Assembly: GCA_047651235.1 (NCBI GenBank) | Contig: CP178758.1 | Coordinates: 3,000,001 to 3,032,000 of the forward strand | DNA length: 32,000 nucleotides | Direction: 5' to 3' | From: Candidatus Electrothrix yaqonensis | GTDB taxonomy: Bacteria; Desulfobacterota; Desulfobulbia; Desulfobulbales; Desulfobulbaceae | Shown here: positions 1-6,700 of the stretch, piece by piece | Position numbering within the stretch: the stretch's first letter is position 1 | Layout of the letters: every line of letters starts with the position of its first letter | The notes under the pieces: model-generated | Seen by the model: only the letters and a program-made list of their open reading frames with translations | Databases searched by the model: none | Told to the model about the DNA's origin: nothing | Program-made: the position numbers and the translations under genes

Positions 1-374
1 TGCACGACTTTGCCGCGATCAGCCTGTCCGACCTGATGACCCCGTGGGAGCTGATAGAAAAACGTCTGCAGGCAGCGGCAATGGCCGATTTTGTCACAGT
101 GCTTTATAACCCGAAATCGAAAAAACGCACCGAACAGATTGTCCGGGCCAGAGAAATCATGCTGGAGCACAGAGACCCGCAGACTCCGGTGGGTATCGTA
201 TCCGGGGCCACCCGCCGTCACGAGGCCGTTTCTTTGACTGATTTGGACAACATGCTGTCCGGGGACATCGGGATGCAGACAACGGTGATCATCGGCAACA
301 GTGCCACTTTTGTCTTTCAGGATAAAATGGTCACCCCGCGAGGGTATTCGGCAAAATACGGCTTGGCCTGGTAA
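1..374 (+). CDS. cbiH: Precorrin-3B C17-methyltransferase (CbiH/CobJ family), C-terminal fragment; 5' end lies outside the window
   Basis: The frame is open from the window edge and reads HDFAAISLSDLMTPWELIEKRL...VTVLYNPKSKKR...PVGIV...TTVIIGNSATF. This is the typical C-terminal half of CbiH/CobJ tetrapyrrole methylases. TAA stop at 372-374. Confidence 0.85.
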   Translation, partial: HDFAAISLSDLMTPWELIEKRLQAAAMADFVTVLYNPKSKKRTEQIVRAREIMLEHRDPQTPVGIVSGATRRHEAVSLTDLDNMLSGDIGMQTTVIIGNSATFVFQDKMVTPRGYSAKYGLAW

Positions 375-466
375 TGCAGGGGCGCCCCTCTGCGTTACCG
401 AACCATTATGCCCGTTAAAAGGCATCTTCAGGAGCCGTAACTGCCTTAGCGCTGCCGCACAGACAC

Positions 467-507
467 AAAAAAAAGCCGCCGCATCCTGGAACCGGAATGA
501 CAGCGGC
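467..507 (-). terminator. Weak candidate intrinsic terminator downstream of the PIN-partner operon
   Basis: On the minus strand, GCCGC...GCGGC arms are followed by a T8 run (A8 at 467-474 on the plus strand), about 37 nt after the stop of the 62-aa ORF. The stem is short and the loop large. Confidence 0.3.
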
Positions 508-543
508 ATGGAAAAGAGTCAGCTGAGTTTTGAGCAGAAGTCA

Positions 544-732
544 TCAAGATTGCTCAACAGCCTGCAGCAGCATATCAACCGAATACTTCTTCTGCCATGC
601 CTGCCGTTCTTTCACATAGTCCCCGTACCCGTCATCAACCTTCTGAATACACTGTATAAGATTGACCACACCGAGCCTTCTGCAATAGGCATCAATCCCT
701 GCCTGCTGAACATCATTCCCGATTTTTTTCAC
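544..732 (-). CDS. Small (62 aa) PIN-associated partner protein, putative antitoxin-like component
   Basis: The ORF overlaps the PIN gene stop by 4 bp (ATGA at 729-732), implying translational coupling. From memory, the C-terminal GDYVKERQAW resembles small partners found next to this PIN subfamily. No family name can be verified here. Confidence 0.55.
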   Translation of the reverse strand: MKKIGNDVQQAGIDAYCRRLGVVNLIQCIQKVDDGYGDYVKERQAWQKKYSVDMLLQAVEQS

Positions 733-1157
733 GACATCACCTCATTCAGCCAAGTTACCGGATTATTTACCGCTATCTTCAAATCTTCAATGGTTAATGC
801 CTGCTTCAGCAGATCGTCATCCACCGTCAGAAAAACCTCTGCTCCATTTTCTGCGCAGGCCAGATGCAGGGCATCAAAAGCCTGCATCCCCTTTTTTTCC
901 AGCGCTTTTGCCCGCGATGAGACTGCACGGTCTATTTTGATGACATTGTCTGCCAGCCCGCTGACAAGCTCCAGCTTTTTCCTTCTGGCTTTATCAGGAA
1001 TGTGTTCAATCTCGAATTGCGCGATATTGTGCCAGCGCCGCTGTTCACAAAACGATAAAATCACCTTGACGGCCTCGGATTCAAGTCGGATACGACGGTC
1101 CGACTGGTCATCGAACGGTCTGTTCATACAGCAGTTATCCAGGTAGATATTCATCAT
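729..1157 (-). CDS. PIN-domain ribonuclease (VapC-like toxin family)
   Basis: 142 aa. Four acidic positions are spaced as in PIN domains: IYLDNC, LESEA, AFDALHLA, LTVDDDL. A GAGGAG RBS lies 7 nt upstream of the ATG at 1157. Confidence 0.85.
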   Translation of the reverse strand: MMNIYLDNCCMNRPFDDQSDRRIRLESEAVKVILSFCEQRRWHNIAQFEIEHIPDKARRKKLELVSGLADNVIKIDRAVSSRAKALEKKGMQAFDALHLACAENGAEVFLTVDDDLLKQALTIEDLKIAVNNPVTWLNEVMS

Positions 1158-1180
1158 AGCGAATTCTCCTCATCATATTC

Positions 1181-1300
1181 TTAGGAGTTACGCAGTTGGT
1201 TTTATAACCCGCTGATTTTGTTCAACTGACGGTTTTTGCCTCCAACAAGCGAACCTATTGTAACACTTGAGATTCTTGTTTTCAACTGCGTAACTCCTAA
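1181..1300. repeat. 120-bp element bounded by perfect 18-bp inverted repeats (MITE-like, or a 5'-UTR/operator structure)
   Basis: TTAGGAGTTACGCAGTTG (1181-1198) is the exact reverse complement of CAACTGCGTAACTCCTAA (1283-1300), with 84 nt between them. The CAACTG/CAGTTG core occurs a third time at 1223-1228. The element sits 23 nt upstream of the PIN start codon. Confidence 0.9.
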
Positions 1301-1464
1301 TTCTTTTTTTTCTGCCTGCACAGGGCTATATAAGACATCCAGGCACACTGCGTCTCACCACATTACGACCGCAACTTCTCTTTATCTTCATAAATCCAAT
1401 CCTCCACCCTCCTAAGCTTCAGCTTCTCCTTAATCTCCCTGATAGCCGTCTCTTCCTCTGAAAT

Positions 1465-2235
1465 CTACCCGGAAACAACAGAGCGGAAGTTATCAGATCG
1501 CGCCTCTCCAAGCTTGTCGTGCAGCTCATCAAGATGCCGTTCCTTATGCGCCAAAACATTATTCAGCTTATTCCGGCGTTCCTCCAGATTCCTGATGTTG
1601 GCCTCAACCTTTTCTTCCCAAGCCCGCCGCTTTCCGGCACGCTCTCGCTGATACTTTTCATATGCCTTTTGCCGCTCCGCTTTATACCTCTCCCAGCGTT
1701 GGTCCAGCAGTTCCTTGGTTTCGTTCAATGCCTCAAAGGCAAGACCCTTATCTTTGCCGAGCATGTGTTCCTTGTGCTCACGCAACATATCCCAGCCTTT
1801 TTGCAAGGCTTTGTTGCAGGCTTTCAGCTGTTCCTTCTCTTCATCAAAGGGCCCCATAATGGCATCAAGCAGCATATATACTCCGCCGGTGGCAAGAGTA
1901 AGAATGAAATCTGAAAACGCGCTGTCAACAGGCCGAGCTGCCTTGGCCTGTGATATAATCTGCTTCCCCAGCCGAGCAGACTCTTCCTTTTTCTTCTCCC
2001 ATTCCTCCTGACTTTTCGCCTGCTGTGCCTTTACCTTATCAACTGATCGCTGAAACCTATTCCAAGCCGCTTCATGTTCATTCTTAGAAGGAAAACGAAC
2101 TCCCTTGAAACTCTTTCCCGTAACCTTGATCTGCTGCCAGATTGCCTTCCAGTCCGGTTTGCTGAAATCCAATATGCTGGGCAGCATGGACTCCAGCTTT
2201 TCAATATTTTCGTTGACTTTCTTATAGTCACGCAT
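1465..2235 (-). CDS. Hypothetical coiled-coil protein (256 aa), Lys/Glu/Arg-rich
   Basis: A long ORF with heptad-like charged sequence (EEWEKKKEESARLGKQ..., RWERYKAERQKAYEKYQRERAGKRRAWEEKVEANIRNLEERRNKL). No recognisable catalytic motif. It ends at a TAG (1465-1467) that is followed by 33 further in-frame sense codons. Confidence 0.65.
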   Translation of the reverse strand: MRDYKKVNENIEKLESMLPSILDFSKPDWKAIWQQIKVTGKSFKGVRFPSKNEHEAAWNRFQRSVDKVKAQQAKSQEEWEKKKEESARLGKQIISQAKAARPVDSAFSDFILTLATGGVYMLLDAIMGPFDEEKEQLKACNKALQKGWDMLREHKEHMLGKDKGLAFEALNETKELLDQRWERYKAERQKAYEKYQRERAGKRRAWEEKVEANIRNLEERRNKLNNVLAHKERHLDELHDKLGEARSDNFRSVVSG

Positions 2236-2347
2236 TGCTGTTCACAATCAACCTTTGTCGTGTTTTTTCCTGTCTTGTCAATATCCCGCAAGGGATACTC
2301 AACAGCCCGGCAATTTATCATCAGACAACAGCTATACGAACAGACTC

Positions 2348-2923
2348 CTAATACGGCCGTTGACCGGCCATATTCCCGGCCGGAGTATACCGGCAGACCC
2401 AGATTTGTCCCTTATTGCCGCAGAATGCTGCGCCGCAGCCGACTTCCGTTGTGCTTTTCCAGACCACCTGGGTGTAATGGCCGCAGACACCGTGGCAGCT
2501 GTTGCTCGCATAATCATAATGGGTTATTTCACTGCCCCAAAAATCAACTACGTCCTGCGCTGCTATTTTCCGTACTGCCGCGCTGCCGTCGGATAGTGTC
2601 ACCGGCCCGGCATGGTAAAGGTTTTCTCCGTACTCACGGCTTATGCTGTGCTGCAATGTGCAGTTGTTTCCTGCCAGCCGATCTGCCCATTTTTGCGCAC
2701 TGCGGGCCAGTTTGTCCGACCATCTGAGGGGCGGGACACTGACCTGAGAACGCCACGTATTATGGGCTGCTGTCATGGAGGAAGGCGTAAATGACAGCCT
2801 GCCTTCTGCTATCGATACAGTTGATACTTCGGCAACCGGTTTGCTTTTCATGGTGCATCCTGTTCCTGACAGGAAAAAAAGAGCGACAATACCTGCTTTG
2901 TAACTCATCGTCTTTTTGTGCAT
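2348..2923 (-). CDS. CAP/SCP/PR-1-like domain protein, probable secreted protein or lipoprotein
   Basis: Carries the HYTQVVW signature, GENLY, and C-terminal CGAAFCGNKGQIWVCRYTPAGN, all typical of the CAP superfamily. The start is placed at MHKKTMSYKAGIVALFFLSGTGC (signal/lipobox-like) rather than the longer ORF start at 3004. Confidence 0.82.
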   Translation of the reverse strand: MHKKTMSYKAGIVALFFLSGTGCTMKSKPVAEVSTVSIAEGRLSFTPSSMTAAHNTWRSQVSVPPLRWSDKLARSAQKWADRLAGNNCTLQHSISREYGENLYHAGPVTLSDGSAAVRKIAAQDVVDFWGSEITHYDYASNSCHGVCGHYTQVVWKSTTEVGCGAAFCGNKGQIWVCRYTPAGNMAGQRPY

Positions 2924-3178
2924 AACGGCTGATTGCTGTATGATTGATCTCGTTTTCCGGGAGAGGGGATAATAACCTTTCTGTTCTGTACAATTTTCTT
3001 GCAAAAACCGTGCTGTTTATACTAAAAAATAAACTGTACCGTAACAGAAGATGGTTTCGTTTTTTCTCTTCCGCTAATAAAGATTATTTTTCTCATTTAT
3101 AAATATTTCCAGTATATTATACACAGGGAAAAAGAGAAGGATGGGTATTTTTTACCCGACAGCGGTTGCTCTGTATGA

Positions 3179-3727
3179 ATGGAGATGATATCGGTGAAGG
3201 ATAAAGACTCATTCGCCCAGACTCAATACCTCAGCATGTACTCCAGAGGGCTGCTGTACTGTCTGATTATGGGCGGCCTTCTCACCCCATTGTACGGCTG
3301 GATTGCTTTGATTATCGTTCTGTTGATCAGCTTTGTTCTCCCTTTCCCGGCCATGTACGCCACCGGGCGGATTGCTGTTTTTTTTGTCTTCCTTTACAGC
3401 GGCGGCAGCGGAACGCATACCCTGCATGATCAGCTTGCCGGTGAGGCGCAGAAAATCAGAATTCTCAAGCGGGAAAAAAACTTCACCGGCGCACTTGAGC
3501 AGGCGGCTGCGGTGCTGACCCGCAGTCCGGAGCACCCGGAAGCCCTGCTGCTCAAGATCCAGAGTCTATGTGAGGGGTTTGGAAAATACAGCGCGGCCAA
3601 TGCCTGCCTGAACAAAATCATTGCGCAGGAGGAGCCTGCTCCTGACGCAAAACTCCTGGAATGGGCAGTCTCCCTGCGCGGGGAAATTCTGCTGCGCATC
3701 CGGAAGTGGGCAGAAAAATACGGATAA
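3179..3727 (+). CDS. Hypothetical membrane protein with a helical, TPR-like C-terminal half
   Basis: 182 aa. Two hydrophobic spans (LLYCLIMGGLLTPLYGWIALIIVLLISFVLPF; RIAVFFVFLYSG) are followed by a soluble helical region. The start is uncertain, with an alternative GTG at 3194 preceded by GGAG. Confidence 0.55.
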   Translation: MEMISVKDKDSFAQTQYLSMYSRGLLYCLIMGGLLTPLYGWIALIIVLLISFVLPFPAMYATGRIAVFFVFLYSGGSGTHTLHDQLAGEAQKIRILKREKNFTGALEQAAAVLTRSPEHPEALLLKIQSLCEGFGKYSAANACLNKIIAQEEPAPDAKLLEWAVSLRGEILLRIRKWAEKYG

Positions 3728-3757
3728 AGACAGCCCGTCAGGGAAAGTTGCGTCGGA

Positions 3758-6700
3758 TCACTCCGTCCTGCTCACCGTCACCTTTCCTGCACCGGTCCTT
3801 GCCCGATACTCGGGTTTATACATGGCCTCCACCTCCACCGGGGGCAGGGTGTAGGTTCCCGGCGTGACAGCACGGACAAGGTAGGCGGCCCGGAATCTGT
3901 TTAGCTTGGAAGACCGGTTTACTTTGGGCAGCTGATCTGTCGCAAAGGCAGCCACAAAGCGGTCATCACGAGCATCCATATAGCGGGTTGCGGTGAGGTC
4001 ATCAAGCCAAGTAAAGGCATTATCTCCTTGCTCGATAGTTTTCTCGATTTCAAAGCCTGCAGGCAGCAGGTCCACCAGTAGAGCCTGGAAATCTTTGCCG
4101 CGTTCGACCTCGCCTTCCAGGGTGACCACGATCATATCTCCCTGCGTGGCCTGATCAGCAGGCAGCGGATCGCCGCCAATGCTGTACCATTGCCGCTGCA
4201 CAGTGAAAGCATTTTCAAGCGGCGGCGGTTCGTTTACCGGAGAACCCTGCACCGTGATTACGGCCCAGACCGCTGCTGTCCCTTTATTTTTGACATCGAC
4301 CGGATTGGTCAGCAGGTCCGTACCTTCCCGCTGCAGAGCAAAAAAGGCCGTATCTTTTTCGGATGATGCGGTTTTCTTTTTCCTGCCCCGTTTACCCTGA
4401 TCCGCCGGTGCAGCAGAGCTGCCGTTGCCCAAATGCAAGGCGGCCATGAACCTGTCCAGCAGGGAAGCCTTCTTTTTCTCCGGCTTTTTCTTTGGTTTTT
4501 CTTCCACATTTTCCCCGACAGGATCCCCGGCAATATCCAGATCAAGCGGGCTGCCCTTGTCCAGGGTCATGGCCGCCATGATCAGCCAAGTTTGTTCCTG
4601 GGTGGAAAGATATTGATCTTTGCCCACCAGCCGTGTCAGCTCCTGCCAAGCCGGGGCAGGATCCGCCTGCACGATTTTGGCATCTGCAATAATGCTGATC
4701 ACTGCGGCCAGATCACGCAGCCGGGAACCATAGTTTTGCCAGGAAAAAACCGATTCGGTCTGCGCGCTTTCCAGGGCGGTCTGTAGTCCTTTGACCGCAC
4801 GATTCCGATCCCCGAACAGGGCCAGGGCCCCGGCAATATGGGCCTGCGCCAGCGGAGAGGTCATCTGCTGAAACCAGGTATCAAAGAGATAGCGGGCATC
4901 TTCATGGCGCCCCTGTCCGGCACGGGCCAGAACCCAGTGGGCGTGGGCCAAGGCAGGGAGCTGCCCTTTTTCTGGGCTGTTGCTGTTTTTCACCTGATCA
5001 GTCAGCCACTGCATCCCCTTGCTGTAAAAATAATCCGATACAGCATAGCCCTTTTCTCTGGCCCGGGTGAGGAAATCCAGAGCATAGGCGGAGAGCCATG
5101 GCTCTGCTTCCCCGTACTCGGACCAGAGGCTGAAACTACCGTCCCCCCGCTGCTTCTGAAGGATCAGATCAATAGCCTCCTGCACCCTGCCGGGCAATTC
5201 TTTATCGGCCGGGTAGGCAAAGCGTTCGGCCAGCTCATTGGCATAGAGCAGGGGCATGGCCCGACTGGTCAGTTGCTCCAGACACCCGTAGGGATAGCGA
5301 TCCAGCTCGGCCAGCAGCCCGGCCACATCCAGATTGGGTGCGCTGGAGATGCTCAGGTTCACCTTGGCGGTCTCCGGAAACAGGCCACTGATTGTCTGTT
5401 TGTCCAAAGTGAGGATTTCACCGGGATCAACCCTGCGGTATTCGCGGCTCAGGACGGGCAAGTATTTGCCCCGGGTGTTGAGCGGGAAATCGCCGCTGTA
5501 GCTGTAGCCCTCCGGCCCGGTCACTTCAAGATGGAGATTGCCTTTGCCGATTCCTGTCGCCTGGACGGGAAAGTGCAGATTCTTCCGTTTCCCCGGTTCA
5601 AGCTGCACCGTCATCTGATTTTTTTCCTGTAGGGCCACAGCCCCGTCAGCCTTCCAGGTGATTTGGTATGCACCGGCCGGGCCGTCGATATTCTCCACCA
5701 GTAGCTGGATGCCGGATTGATCGCCTTGGGCCAGATAACGCGGCAGCGACGGAGACAGGACAACCGGGTCATTGACCCGGAGAGCCCGACTGGCAGAACC
5801 GAGCTTTTCTTTGGACCAGGCCACTGCCATAAGGCGCAGTCTGCCGTTGAAATCAGGAATCTCCAGTGGCACCGTGGCTATACCGTCCTTGCCGACCTGC
5901 ACTGCCCCGGAAAAAAGCGAAACAATGCGTACATTGGATTCCGGTGCCCCGCGCAGACTGTCCTCATCCGCCCCTGTGCGGAAGACTAGGGGTTTGCTGT
6001 CCGGCGGGATGATCAGCTGGCCGTACAGGTCGCGGATTTCCAGCCCTAGCTGCTGTTTATTGAAAAACCAGGCCAGCGGGTCGGGAGAGACAAAATTGGT
6101 GAGCTGGAGCACACCCTCATCCACTGCGGCCAGGGTCAGACGGACATCCTCTCCTGCTGCAGCTCCGCTCATGGCCACCGGCACCTGCAGGGTCTGGCGC
6201 GGACGAATCTGTTCCGGGGTTTTGATTTCCACGCCTAACCGCTGCTCTGCCGGATCAACATTGAGCCAGACCAGCCCCACAGCCCGGTTCGCGCCGGGCT
6301 GGTACACCGTTACCAGAGCATAGACCCCAGCTCCCCAGTCCGCCTCCACCGGGATCTCCACAGTCTGGCCGTCGTCAACCAGGGGGAAATTGCTGATCCC
6401 GTGGATCTGGCTGTTGGCCAGAACCAGACTGGCCCGCCCCGGATATGGGGAGGTGATGCTGAGTCTGGCAGTCTCTCCGACCTGATACTGCTGTTTATCC
6501 AGCTCCACCCTGACCGCGTCCGGGGTATCGCTCATACCGACCAGCTGTTCTCCGGCAGTAAAGCGGAACAGGGTCATCAGGGTATCATCCTCCCGGAACA
6601 GCTCCAGCCGGTAGTTTCCCCGGCCCACAGGCAGAGCAAGAGCGAGCGGCCCGGCCTGCTGCCAGGTCAGTTTATCCCGCAGCTCCTCATTATCCCGGAC

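Noticed and set aside
378-389. The perfect 12-bp GC palindrome AGGGGCGCCCCT right after the cbiH stop, considered as a terminator
   Set aside because: There is no loop and no following T-tract. At best it forms a 4-bp stem, so it is not convincing as an intrinsic terminator.
1465-1467. Genetic-code recoding of TAG (pyrrolysine or suppressor) as an explanation for the two in-frame TAGs at 1465 and 28715
   Set aside because: TAG is used as an ordinary stop for well-conserved genes in the same window. The Crp/Fnr gene ends at 17131-17133 and the FG-GAP gene at 15389-15391. No pyl genes are seen. Point mutation or chance is more parsimonious.
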